From the human T2T-CHM13v2.0 reference genome, Homo sapiens, in the NCBI RefSeq assembly GCF_009914755.1, contig NC_060935.1: a stretch of DNA of 64,000 nt, one strand, 5' to 3'. The notes below the pieces were generated by a model. The model did not search any database. It saw nothing but the letters and a program-made list of their open reading frames with translations, and had not been told where the DNA came from. The position numbers and the translations under genes are program-made. Below, one piece after another: positions 43,701 to 56,465 of this stretch; position 1 is the first letter of the stretch; each line of letters begins with the position of its first letter.

Positions 43701-45741
43701 TGCAAATCATAATAATAATTTGTACTTTCCATTTGAACAAAACACTATTACTAAGGTATCTTTGAGATATGGATTTTTGGAGTACTTTTTAAAATTCAGT
43801 TTGTGTAAACAAAACCCAATTATTTTTCTATTTTCCTTAGCTAAATTACACATACTAATGCAGGCTTACTTTTTAAAAATTTCTATACTGAAGACCAAGA
43901 CACATTTTTAATTTATACTTTAAGCTCCATTAAAAAGAATATAACAATGGCTAATGTAGTTTTAATTCATTTATCTGGTCAAGAATTACTTATATTATAA
44001 TTTTGAAAAAATTAACTGCACTAGCAAAAATCATAAAATCTTAAAAATATTAAGACAGATAATAAAAAAAACAAAATACTCTCTAAGAGACTCAATTTTT
44101 TACTTAAATATGTTCACAATATACACATATATTTGTAGAGAACCAATTTTTTGCTTAAATATCTTCACACTATATACATTAGAGTAAATGTTTACATTTA
44201 AAGGAGATTGTTTCTTCTTTCTTAAAATATTTCTGTTAGTATTTGTGAGAATTGTTATAGTGTTTTTAGTGGCCTGCAATTGTTTATTATCATTTATATT
44301 CCTTAACACTTCTAAAGCTACCTATGATTGTGACAGAGACAGTTTAAGAAATATATCTTCATTCCACCCCTGGTTTACCTGATACAGCAAAATATTTTTC
44401 ATTTTTATGGAAAACCAACCATCAGAGCTTGGGTCAAAAATGGAAGAAATTATTATGGTGTGGATAGTTGTGTCTTGATTATTCCTGATACTACCAGATA
44501 ATTCTGTGAAATTAACAGCTTTTAATCACTAATGAACTTTGGGTTTTAATAAAATTAGAAAGCTAGAATTAAGACACATTCTGACATTGTTTTGTTCCCT
44601 AAGTCAGCCAGATTCCTTCAAATACTTTTGAAAATGAATGTTCAAGGCTTTGGAAATGGTGATGTTGAGATATTAAGTCTCATTTCATTCCTTAAAAACG
44701 TAAAAAGGTTTAAAGTGTCTCTTTTCTCTAAAGACAAATAATCTCAAGATAAATTTTAGCCCTTTATCTCAAAGTATTTTCAGAATGAAAATGGAGGAAG
44801 TTAAAGATAAAAGTAGGGGTTTGGGAATTGATTTATTGGCACATTTGTTTTTATTCATTAGTTAAATTACTTAAAGATCGTGAAAAAGTAAAAGCAACCT
44901 ATAATTTTTTGAGCATCTACTAGCCAAAATTCGAACTCCATGTTCCACATATTACCTAATGTAATCTTAGGTATAGCTAACCTGTACTGAAAGCTTACTC
45001 TGTGTAAGGAACAAGGCTAAGCACTTTACACACCTAATGGTATGTAATCCTTACAACAACCCTGTGGAATACTCTATTTTGCTACTATTTTATATATGAG
45101 TAAAATAAGTCTTATAAATATCAAATAATTTTCTGAAGGTGTCAGATGTCTGAACTCTTGTGTATTTCACTACATTGCCTATTTGGGAAGTAGGTATTTG
45201 GTTCCTTTCTTTTAAAAGCACAGAAACTGAGTCTTTAGAAAAACAAGAACAAAAATCTAAGGTTATGTAGCCCTCTATAATGGTGCAGCCAAGGTAAAAT
45301 TTATTTTCCATTTGATTCCCAAATCTCTCCATACCACCCTACTGTCAAAAAAACAATAACAATGAAATAGCCTGGGTAAGGAGATATTTTACTCACTCAT
45401 TCATAGCATCTATGTTTCCAAAAGAAACAAGATGTGAGGCACATGGCATACTAAGGCACTTCGAAATTGTGTGTGATAAAAAAATTTGTCAGTTATATTC
45501 ACAGACTTTACCAAGATAGAGGATAAGCATATACATTTGAAGATTTTTATTAGCAGGGTTAAAATACAACACATTTTAGGAAAAGGAAAAGTAAACTAAA
45601 AAAAAAATTTAGTAGATCTACCTTAATCAATATTCATCTATTCAGGTGATTTACATTCCTTTTCCCTGGATTTTTAAGGAAATTTTCTGTCAGATTGATA
45701 GATGAATTCCAATTAGGACCAAGATTGCAGAAAAAGTATAG

Positions 45742-46094
<353 letters not shown>

Positions 46095-46246
46095 CATAGT
46101 CTCATTTTTATTACACTTAAGTGATGGTGCTTGACTAGATATACTTAGTATTTGTTTAGGTTTTACCATTTCAGAATTGAAGTATTTAATTTAAGCAACA
46201 GAAAAGCAGAAAGAAAAAAAACAGTGTATGTGAAATGGATTTTGGC

Positions 46247-46801
46247 TGTGATGTTTATTTTTGTGTGTCAACTTGACTTAGCCATTTGGTGCCCAGATAC
46301 TTGGTCAAATATTATTCTGGGTCTGTCTGTGAGGGTGTTTATGAATGAGATTAACACTTGAATTTGTAAACTGAGTAAGAGGTTGCCCTCCCCAATATGG
46401 ATGGGCCTCAAATAATCAAGGAAAGGCCTAAATAGAACCACAAGGCTGACCTTCCCTTTCATAAGAGGAAACTCTTCCTCCTGACTCCCTTGAGCTGGGA
46501 CATTAGTTTATTTCTTTTTTTTGATTCAAACTGAAGCATCAGCTCACCAGTCCTCAGCTTGCTGTCTTTCAGACTGAAATGATACCATTGTCTTTCCTGG
46601 TTCTCAGGCTTTCAGGCTTGTTGTATCACTCCTCCTTGGTCCCCAACTTGCTGACTGCAGATCTGACCCCTCAGCCTCCATAATCACTTGAGCCAGTTCT
46701 TATAAGTGAGCCAGTCATATGTAAATATGTATCTGCAAATATGTATATCCACACACATATATCCTATCAGTTCTTTTTCTCTGGAGAGCCCTGACTAACA
46801 C
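46247..46801 (+). mobile_element. MLT2B solo LTR (ERVL)
   Basis: 'tgtgatg...tgtgtcaacttgacttagcc...gtgcccagatacttggtcaaatattattctggg...tctggagagccctgactaaca'. Confidence 0.9.
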
Positions 46802-47744
46802 GTGGCTATGTAAAAATTTCCTTTGTTTTTCCAATTATGTATGATAATCTTCTATGGTGCTTTATTAAACATATTCTCTCTTTAGATATACTTTATAAAA
46901 ATGTACATGTTCTCTAGATAAATTATATGCTTATGTGTACATATGAGCAGGTGTTAATATATGTATTTATAAGGGTGTAAAACAGCCTCGTATAAAGTAG
47001 ATAGTCAATTTTTTTTTAGTATTCACTTATTTTTCTTTTCAAACCAACTTTAATCAGGCATAGTTTATATATAAATAAATACATTTATTTTAAGTGTACT
47101 TAATGAGCTTAAGCTATTGTATACCCTCATGCAACCACCACCACAGTCAGGTTCAAGAACATTCCCATTATTGCAGAAAGTTTCTTCCTATCCCTTTGGT
47201 CAGAATCAAACCACACAATTAAACACATTTATATTTCTACACTGATGTATATGGATATTGACATTAAATGGTATAAAAGAAAATTAATACCTATCTTAAT
47301 ATTGTATGCCATATTGGGCCAGATTTTTCTGCCATAAGCTTCCAGAAAACTTTTTAAAACATTTTGGATTTTGAAATTATTGATAAGAAACTGTGGACCT
47401 GTTTTAAAACGAGTTATATGATAATGAAAAGGATATAAACATGATAATTATTCTTACATATACATGTTATTTGCTTGTATTAGAGACATCCTGGACTTAC
47501 GACAAATGAACTTATGAACAAAGAACTTTTTGAATAATCTTTGAAAGCTAACTTATTTTAAGAAAATTTATGAACTATTGTATACTTTGTACCTAATAGT
47601 ATACTTGGCACATAATAGGTACTCAGTAATACATTTTGTTTTGCTTTCTGATAATTCTTCCCAACTTACCCCTGTATACTCCTCTTTGTTAATTTAAGCT
47701 CTAATTTTTTCTACTTGTTTAAAGTCTGGCAAATAATCTAGGAC

Positions 47745-47900
47745 TGTGCTGTTCAATAACGTAGTCATTAGTCACATATGATTATTTAAATTTAAATTAA
47801 TGGCAATTAAAATGAAAAAGCCATTTCCTTAGCCACGTTAGCCACACTGACTTGCTTGATAGCCACATGTGCCTCATGGCTACTCTATCAGATGCGAATA
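47745..47900. mobile_element. MER3/MER33 hAT-Charlie MITE fragment
   Basis: 'tgctgttcaataacgtagtcattagtcacatatg...tttaaatttaaattaa...tagccacatgtgcctcatggcta'. Confidence 0.7.
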
Positions 47901-48049
47901 TTCTTATGTAAATCCTACACACAAACTTTTTCCTAAAATTATCATTGCTTATATCTGTTTGTTTTTAAAAAACAAAAAGAAAGAAAAAGAAAATGAACTT
48001 ATTTTGGAAGTGATCTCAGCTAGTTCCCAGAGAATAGCTGGAAGGATCT

Positions 48050-48185
48050 AACTTCATTTTAGAGATAAAGAAAGAGATGATAATTAAGTACCTTGCCCAA
48101 GGTCACAAACCTACAGTGGGGTGGAGTTGAGATCAGTCTCCAGATGGCCTAAGGTAACTCCATACTCCCTTGGATTACACCATGC
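48050..48185 (-). mobile_element. MIR fragment
   Basis: 'ttaagtaccttgcccaaggtcacaaacctacag'. Confidence 0.7.
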
Positions 48186-48590
48186 TGTCTCTCAATTTTT
48201 ACAAGTTCAGGCTCTTAGAGGGTTTCTATTTGCTTGTTTGTTTTGTTTCTTTTTTAGTCACTTTGTAAGATTTTGGGCTACAGCAACACCTGCTACAGTG
48301 ATGCTCCTTGCTTGCCAGTTCTCTGGGATGGCTGGCCACGTAAATGATAGTTGATTATCCTGTTGGCACAGTTTTGTGCTTCTAGCATCTCTGCCATATG
48401 GTCGTGTTTTCCCATTGGAAAATCTGACTAGTTTGTAAACTTCTTTCCTCAAGAGCAGAGACCATGACTCCTGCTTCTCTGACATTTATTTTGGGCTGAG
48501 GAGAGTGCACCCAAGAGCAAGAGCTTGATTAACATAATGGGGATTCAGGCCCCTCCACTCATCCTTCTGTCTAGCTAGCAATAATGTTCC

Positions 48591-49090
48591 TGTATTAGCT
48601 TCTACTGCTACTGTACCACAAATTTAGTAGCTTGGAACAATGCAAATACAGTATCTTCCAGTTCTGGAGGTCAGGAGTCTGAAATGGCTCTTACTGAGCT
48701 AAAAGCAAGGGGTCATCAGGCCTGCATTTTTTCTAGTGGCTCTGTGGAAGAATTTGTGTTCTTGCCTTTCCCATCTTTTGGGGGCACACCACAGTCCTTG
48801 CGTTTCCATCTTCCAAGCCATAAATGGAAAAGTAAGTCTTTCTCACATCACATCACTCTGACACTCCGCTTCCTTCTGTCACCTTCTCTGACTCTGACTC
48901 ATCCTCCTCTCTCAAAGTACACAGTGATTACATTGAATTTACCAGATAACCCAGGACAATCTTATAATAAGATCTACTAATTAGAAACCTTAATTCCATC
49001 TATAGCCTTAATTCGCCCTTGCTATATAACATATTCACAGATCTGAGGATATGGGTGTGAACATGTTGGGGATCTATTCTGCTTACCACA
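48591..49090 (-). mobile_element. MaLR solo LTR (MLT1C/D-like)
   Basis: 'tgtattag...cagttctggaggtcaggagtctgaaatgg...attctgcttaccaca'; perfect 5-bp TSD gttcc. Confidence 0.9.
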
Positions 49091-49262
49091 GTTCCTTTTA
49101 TCATTTTGTAGTTTTTTCCCTTATGTATATGTCTCCACCATCCAAGTGTGACCTTTTTGAGCATAATGTTCTATTCTATCTGTTTTATACACATCCATCC
49201 TCACATGGTTCCCACAACATAGAATATATAAAATAAATGTTTGATGTAAAAGTGGAAGCATA

Positions 49263-49558
<296 letters not shown>

Positions 49559-49744
49559 AAAAGTGAAAGCATAAAGAAATATGCTGCTTAAAATACATCT
49601 TATCTGGAAACAGAAATATACTTTAAATGTAAACATCATTTTATTTATTCAACAAATGTCTTGAGTTCTTACCATATACCAAGATCTGTTCTAGGCTTTT
49701 GGAGAAAACAACAGAAATCCTTGAATTTAGGTTCCAGTGGTTGG

Positions 49745-50239
49745 TGTCAGAAGTAAAGTTCAGAGTCACAAAGAAAAAGAGCACTTAAACAAAGAACTTC
49801 TCAGCAAGGAAAATTTACTTCTGCAGAAGGGTGCTTCTCACAGGTCTGGTTTCCCCAAGAGCACACCAAACATAAGAGAGAAGGGGTTTTTATTTCTAAT
49901 GCAGCTTGTCCCTGCTACTGTGTCCTGCCTCCATTGGCTGGAGTTGGACCACACAAGTTAAGCTGAATCCAGTTGGCTAACTTGAAAAGTGCAGGAATGA
50001 GGTAACACTGGCGGGAAGGACAGTTTTGGCAGGAAGGGCCGTTGTGACAGGAGGGGTAATTTACAGAGTGAGTAACAGATTTGGGCTCTGTAGATAAGGA
50101 CCAGTGGGAGAGTTGTTTACTGAAAGCAAGACAAGGGGGCACAGAGAGCAAGGAAGTTTGGCCTTGAAAGTAGAGAGCAAAGAACAAGGAAACTAAACAA
50201 CTTAAACCTTTGAAGAGGTACTTTTTCTTGTATCTAACA
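49745..50239 (-). repeat. 3' LTR (LTR10-type)
   Basis: TG...CA termini; preceded on the minus strand by PPT aaaaaggggggaat (50240-50253); about 90% identical to 55361-55861 by hand count. Confidence 0.93.
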
Positions 50240-50299
50240 ATTCCCCCCTTTTTAATTTTTATAAGTATTCCTCTTCAAACCTTTTTAACATATCTTGAC

Positions 50300-52295
50300 T
50301 TTGTTGTTTTGCTTGGCCTTTTAAAAGAAAAAGTCCATTTGAATAGGGAGGGGGGAATTGAGGGAGTTTTTGGTGAGAGCTGTTTCAATAAGCTTTTGTA
50401 TTAATCCCCAGGCGCAGGGTATGATACAGCATCCTATGAGAATAAGTACAACTATGACAATTGCAAAAGAGGTTAGTGTTGAAGACATGAGCCCTTTTCC
50501 ATTTACTGAACCACCTTTTCATAAAACTTGTGAAGGGGTCATTTTTCCCAGAATTTTTGGCCAGTTTATTTGATAGTGAGCTGAGATTTTGTTAAGTTTT
50601 GGTAATTGTTCCATCAGGGGCTGTGTTCTTGGGGATAAATGTACAACATTGGATTTTGGTCATAACACAGACTCCACCTTTTTTTTTGCTAGTATCATGT
50701 TTAACGCTATTTTATTTCCCCAAGCCATTTGACTGTTGGATTTTAATGTTTCAGCTATTCCTTTAATGGCATCCCTGGCATAATTAACAAATCATTGTTG
50801 ATTATAACATATGTAATTTATCCAATCTACATTTTTATTTATTGTTGACCACCAGAACAACATGGACTTAAACCCTGTAGCTATTTGATTTTGAACTTTA
50901 AATTCATTTGGTACCTCTCGTGGGACTCCAATAGCATTTGTGTAAACGTGAGGGTTAAAATATCTGGGTGGAGTGCTTCTTCTAACTCAGTCTTGATTTT
51001 TTTGCTTACTGTGTTGGAGGAATTCCAGGGTGAAAGGGATGGCCAATTGGACTACAGCGTAAGTGCTGCTCCAGTTATTTGACAGAGAACTCAATAGTAA
51101 TTTCCCGTAATACCACCATACGTCTGTTTGGGAGTGAACAAGGACAGATTGACTGGTAAGCTCTCGGAAAGGCTTAGTTTCATTGAACCCTTTTAGGTCT
51201 CCAAGAGACGTCAATTTCTCCCCCTACCGTGAGAGACAAGAGGTAAAATTAACATCTGAGGCCGGAGGCTGGATGGCTCTTGGGGGCTGACCCACAGAGC
51301 CTTTGACTTCAGGGAATAGTAGTGAGAGAGTCTTGCTCACCTTACTGCCCCAGGCTGTGGGGTTTTGAAAGAGACTTACCATGCAGCTGATGCCCAATCG
51401 GTCAGAGGACCATCCAAGTGGGAAAGGGGCTATTTGAGCTTCTGGCCTGCCTGCTGCACAAGTGTAACAGTAACTTTTATTTATATGTGCAAATAGAATA
51501 TTTAATCCATTTCAACCAGGCATTTGTACCTTGGTATCCTGTTATCACTGTCAAAGTTTGTTCTAAATTTGTAATTTCTACAATGTCGACTATGGCTTTG
51601 TTATTGGAAAGAATACCAGTTTGATTGAGAGAAAGTTTTGGGGAAGAAGAAAGAGAAAGGGGTGGAGGATCAATGAAGCACACTTCAAAAGATCCTATTG
51701 GGTCTGTCGCTGAATGAAAATTAGCTGTTAGGCCATAGAAGCAACTTAGAGTGGGGTTAGTTTCGGTGGAGGTGGGGACAGAGATGGAGACTTGCAGAGG
51801 GTTACACCGCTGAAACTGACAACTAGAGGGAGTTACTCTTGGTAAACTGGATTTAGGGTTTTAGATCAATGCAGCCTCCTCTTGCAGAGGTCCAGCCCTG
51901 ATATTTGGTGGTCCAGATTACGTCTCCCCAGTCATAACAGAACCTCCACCCAGTGCTTCATGTACTTCTGATACAAGCGTCACTATTAAGGCAGTCCTAT
52001 TTATTCTAGAGGGGCAGACATACTTGTCAACAGAGGCTAGCTTTCTTTGGTTTTGGATATCCCCATAGGGTAGAACGAGACAAGCATCAAAAGTGATAAC
52101 TTGAGATAGGCTTGATCTAGTTACATTAATAATAAAGTGACTAGCTGTAAAGTGAGGAAAGGTGACAGAATAATATACTAGATATAGGAAGGTTAGGTTT
52201 TGCTTAGCTTTAGTTTGGTAGGGCTTTCTCCTGGAAGGATGGCCCATGATCCTGGAGGGGGTGATGTTTTCTTGACTCAGGTATGATGAGTCCAT
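50300..52295 (-). pseudogene. env: ERV env remnant
   Basis: Minus strand: furin-like *VRRS, TM segment AIGVPREVPNEFKVQNQIA, ISU-like WENKIALNMILA, CX6CC motif CVMTKIQCC; several stops and frameshifts. Confidence 0.85.
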
Positions 52296-53190
52296 CCTTT
52301 TTCTGCTGTTCGGACTGCGGTTTCAGTGGTCAGGAGCACTAGGCAAGGTCCTTCCCAATCCGGTTTGAGTTCTTCTTTTTTCTACCCTTTAATGAGGACA
52401 TGATCTCCAGGGGTGGCGCCTATGCTAGGAGACCTTTGGTCTTGAGGGAAGAGAAAGTGGAAGATAATAGACCAAGTATATAGTTTTTTAGAAACTGATC
52501 TTTTGTTTCAAATGTAGAAATGTCAGTGGTGGAATGTAAATAAGGCAGCCCATATAGCATTTCATAAGGAGACAAGCCGACATCTTTCTGAGGGGTGGTT
52601 TTGATTCTTAACAAGGCAATGTGGAGACATTTAGTCCAGGGTAACTGGGTCTCTAGGACTAATTTGGTTAGGTGGCTTTTTAGAGTCTGTTTATTTTTTC
52701 TACTTTTCCTGAGGAAGATGGATGTCAAGGGATATGCTATTCCCATTTTATGTCTAGCACCTGGACTAAGTTTTTAATGACATGAGCCATGAAGTGGGTT
52801 CCATTTTCTGAATCAATGTTTTCTATTAGTCCAAACCTGGGTACGATGCTTTTAATTAATGCCTTAATTACATTACTGGTGGTTGTGTTTGAGAAGGGGA
52901 TAGCTTTTACCTAGTGAGTAAAGTGGTCTACTATTACCAATAAGTACTTCAGGCGACAGATTGGAGGCACTTTAGTGTAGTCAATTTGAACACTTTGGAA
53001 TTGCCTTAGGCCTGTATCCCTTTCCCCAAGGGGTGACATTTTTTTAATTTGCTTACTAGTTTTCTTACATATCAATCAACTCTCTGTAACCTGTTTGGCT
53101 AGGGTATAAATTCCTATACACCTACAAACTCTGAGAACTGCATCACACATAGCTGGGGTCCCCAGTGGGCTTTTGATGTAGTTGAGACAA
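52210..53190 (-). pseudogene. pol: ERV pol remnant (integrase only)
   Basis: LSQLHQ..HWG zinc-binding domain start; QTLKSHLTKLVLETQLPW...GLSPYEMLYGLPY (ORF 52420-52746); WEGPCLVLLTT motif. Confidence 0.85.
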
Positions 53191-53197
53191 GACCTCC

Positions 53198-54853
53198 CTA
53201 TTCTTCTTCAAAGGCCATAAGTGGAATGATTTCCTTCTTTTTCTCCCATTCAGGATATTCTCTCTTAAAATGACGTACTCATCCACTTGTGAAACATTTA
53301 TTTTGTCCTTCCACCCTTCCTATGTTCAGGTTCCCTGGCCCCACCTCCTTATGCTCTTTGTATGCCCTGGCAAGTGGGGGCTTAAATTTCTTATGAGTCC
53401 TGGGTTCTTGGATACTTTGTTTAGATGTGCATGGGCCTCTGGGTGACAGAGAGTGGTATCGGTGGACCCTATTTTCTGGGACCCCCTGTTGGAAAGTAGA
53501 GAGCATAATTTTTGCCTTTTTTTTTTTTTTTTTTTGCTTTTTCTCATCTCTTCTTATATATACTTTTTGGGCTTCCCTTAGAAGTTCTCCTATGGGTTTA
53601 TTTTTTTTAATTTTCTATCTTTGGCAATTTTTTTAGAGATGTCTGGCCAACTATTAGTAGTAAAATAAAGCTTTAACATTCTTTGCCCTAGGGGATCTTC
53701 TAAATCTAGACCCGCATATTTTCTCTTTTTTTTTCAGTCTATCTAAGAATTGTATAGGTCCTTCATCTTTCCCTTTTTGTATATCCAATACTCGGGAAAG
53801 ATTTTGGGTCTGAATCCCTTTAATTATCATTTCCCCAAGGTCTTTCATGTTTTTCTGGTGAGCTGCATTGTTATTGTCCCACTGGGGGTCTTGGGCTGGG
53901 AATTTTCAATCTATTGCAGGAATGTTTTGACCAGGAGGATGTTCACATTTCCAGACTACCATAGTGGCCCTGCAGATCATGCTTCTTCCTTTCCCTGAAA
54001 AGAGGATGCCCAGGATGGACATCAACTCAGCCTAAGTATAGAGTTGTGGCACCAAAAATTGATTAATTTGATCTGCTACCCTATAAGTGTTATCTAATAA
54101 TGGCTTGAGTTGCTTTTTTAAATTTTGGACCTCTGAGCTGGTTAAAGGGGTATTTACAAAGCCAATGCCTCCTCCACTAAGGGGTACTTCCCTTAAGGGT
54201 AAGAGAGTTGGGGTTGATTCCTTAGAGGTGGAGGGGAAAGGGAAGTTTTGGATATCTTTTTTACATTGTTCTATCTCACGCTGGAGCTTTTGTAGGGGAG
54301 GCACATGCTCAAGCGTGTGGCTAGGGAGAGCATGGGGCATTGATTCAGGATTATATGAGGAAGGAACTGAGTGAGGGAATTCCTGTGTGCCCACTTGGGC
54401 TGGGGGATTTGGAGGAGGCAGGTGGTCTAGTGGGTTCTAGATGTTAGTGGGATGTTTGGGGGTAGAGACCTCACTCCTTTCAGAGGAGTTGGTTTCTGGC
54501 TTGCCCCCTATAGCCTTTAGGGGGTAAAGGAGGACAAGTCCCTGCCACCAACACAGGGCATAATCTATTTCCTGCTGGGAGATGGGACTCTTGTCATTAA
54601 CATATTCTATTAGAAGTTAACAAATTCAATTTTCATTTGACCCAAACTTTGGCCAGAAAACTGAGGGTGTGAGAATGGGTTCTTTGGTCCAAATGAAACA
54701 ATATTTTATCATTTGCTGTTTTTTTTTTTCTTGTGTTTAGGCCTTTCATTATCCCTCCAATATTTTAGCATGAGGCCTAGGGGACTGTCAGGGGGAATTT
54801 TACTACCCCTTTGGCCCTTTTTGTTTCCTACTTTACCTGGGGTATTTCCTATT
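53198..54853 (-). pseudogene. gag: ERV gag remnant
   Basis: FWPKFGSNE matrix-like motif; PLREVPLSGGGIGFVNTPLTSSEV; QKGKDEGPIQFLDRL (MHR-like); CFTSG (degenerate zinc knuckle); ends PLMAFEEE-TAG at 53198-53200. Confidence 0.85.
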
Positions 54854-55009
54854 TTGAAGGCTGCTGAGGCTCAATCCCTCATATTAGGGATTTCTTGCCC
54901 TCTCCTCTCTAGAGACTGGCTGAGGGTCAATCCCTTGTATTAGGGATTTCTTGTTTTCCCTTCTCTTAAAGGGTTAACCCCCTCTACCAGAGGTCTCTTG
55001 ATGTCACAC

Positions 55010-55152
55010 CCAAGGAATACTTTAACACCCCTGTGGCTTTTCTTGCCTTGGTATGTCCTACGGAATACTTCACCAACCCTGCAGCTTTTCTTACCTCAGT
55101 CCCAACCAAGAAATACTTCACTGCCCCCGTGCTTTTCTTACCTTGGTCTGTG
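55010..55152. repeat. Three ~47-bp degenerate tandem repeats in the ERV leader
   Basis: Units of 'ggaatactt...ccc...gcttttctt(a/g)cct' occur three times. A separate ~43-bp direct repeat lies at 54866-54908 and 54922-54964. Confidence 0.75.
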
Positions 55153-55338
55153 CCCAGAGTTACCTGGTCTCCGAAGTATCTACTTGTAGGCCTTTTATTC
55201 CGACATTGCTGAGAGTCCGGGTTTATTCATCATGCCGGATGGGTCTCAATCTCTTACCCCTGAGGCCAGTGCAACAAGGCAGCAGGACACATCTCCTCAC
55301 AAGAGATGATCAGAGACCCATCCCCAGAGGAGAATGAG

Positions 55339-55356
55339 ATCCTGGGTGGGCCCCCA
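55339..55356 (-). other. Primer binding site, tRNA-Pro-like
   Basis: TGGGGGCCCACCCAGGAT versus canonical Pro PBS TGGGGGCTCGTCCGGGAT (14/18), 4 nt from the 5' LTR. Confidence 0.8.
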
Positions 55357-55360
55357 AAAT

Positions 55361-55861
55361 TGTTGAAAGTAAAGCTCAGAGTGGCAAAGAAAATGAGCAT
55401 TTAAACAAAGAACTTCTCAGCAAGGCAAATTTACTTCTGCAGAAGGGTGCTTCTCACAGGTCTGGTCATCCCAAGAGCACACCAAACAAAAGAGGGAAGG
55501 GGTTTTTAATTTCTAACACAGCTTGTCCCTGCTACTGTGTACTGCCTACATTGGCTGGAGTTGGACCACACAATTTAAGCTGAACCCGAACCCAGTTGGC
55601 TAACTTGAAAAGTGCAGGAATGCGGTTACACTGGTGGGAAGGAAAGTTTCAGCAGGAAGGGTCATTGCACCAGGAGGGTAATTTACAGAGTGAGTAACAG
55701 ATTTGGGTTCTGTAGATAAGGACAGGCAGGAGAGTTGTTTACTGAAACCAAGACAGGGAGGCACAGGGAGAAAGAAAGTTTGGCCTTGAAAGTAGAGAAC
55801 AAAGAACAAGGAAACTAAACAAGCTAAACTTTTGAAGAGAAACTTTTTCTTGTATCTGACA
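55361..55861 (-). repeat. 5' LTR (LTR10-type)
   Basis: TG...CA termini; adjacent PBS; contains a 6-bp duplication gaaccc relative to the 3' LTR. Confidence 0.93.
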
Positions 55862-55944
55862 GTTGGTGAAAGGCAACAAGTAATTAGCAGAATAAATAGC
55901 ATATTTATGGTTATGTAAGAAGGTGATATATGCTGTAAAAATGG

Positions 55945-56465
55945 GGTATAGAAAAAATGAGCACATGTCCACACAAAAACTTGCAAATGAAAGGTCATAG
56001 CTTTATTGTTCATAATGTCCAGAAAGTGGAAACAACCCAAATGTCCATCAACTAGTGAATGAGTAAACCAAATTGAGGTATATCCATCTAATGCAATACT
56101 CTTCAGCAATAAAAGGAAAATAATACTGATACATTCTATAATGTGAATGAAACACAAAAACATCATGCTGAGGAAAAGAAACCATACAAAATAATTGGCA
56201 TTTTAACACTGGATTTATATTAAATGTCCCAAAAAGCAAATCTATACAGATGGAAAATAAATTAGTAATTGCCTAGAGATGGATTTCGGACAGGAAAATA
56301 ACTGTAAAGGGGCATAAGATTTCTTTGTAATGTTATTAAAATGTTTTAAAATTAGATAGTGTTCATGTTGTACAACTCTGTAAATATACTAAAAATCATT
56401 GAATTGGGCACTTAGATAAATTTTTGCCATTTAATTATACTGCAAACACCTTGTTAACTAAAAAA
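55945..56465 (+). mobile_element. L1M (L1MB/L1ME-type) 3' end
   Basis: 'catgtccacacaaaaacttgc...aagtggaaacaacccaaatgtccatcaactagtgaatg...tgtaaatatactaaaaatcattgaattg'. Confidence 0.85.

Larger units (their letters stand above)
49745..55861 (-). mobile_element. Endogenous retrovirus provirus, HERV-I/HERVIP10 group with LTR10-type LTRs; pro and RT deleted
   Basis: Two ~500-bp LTRs, perfect 5-bp TSD GTTGG (49740-49744 and 55862-55866), PBS, PPT, and gag, IN and env remnants. Confidence 0.93.

Noticed and set aside
55600-56166. 188-aa minus-strand ORF
   Set aside because: Antisense L1M read through L2 into the LTR; a chance open frame across unrelated repeats
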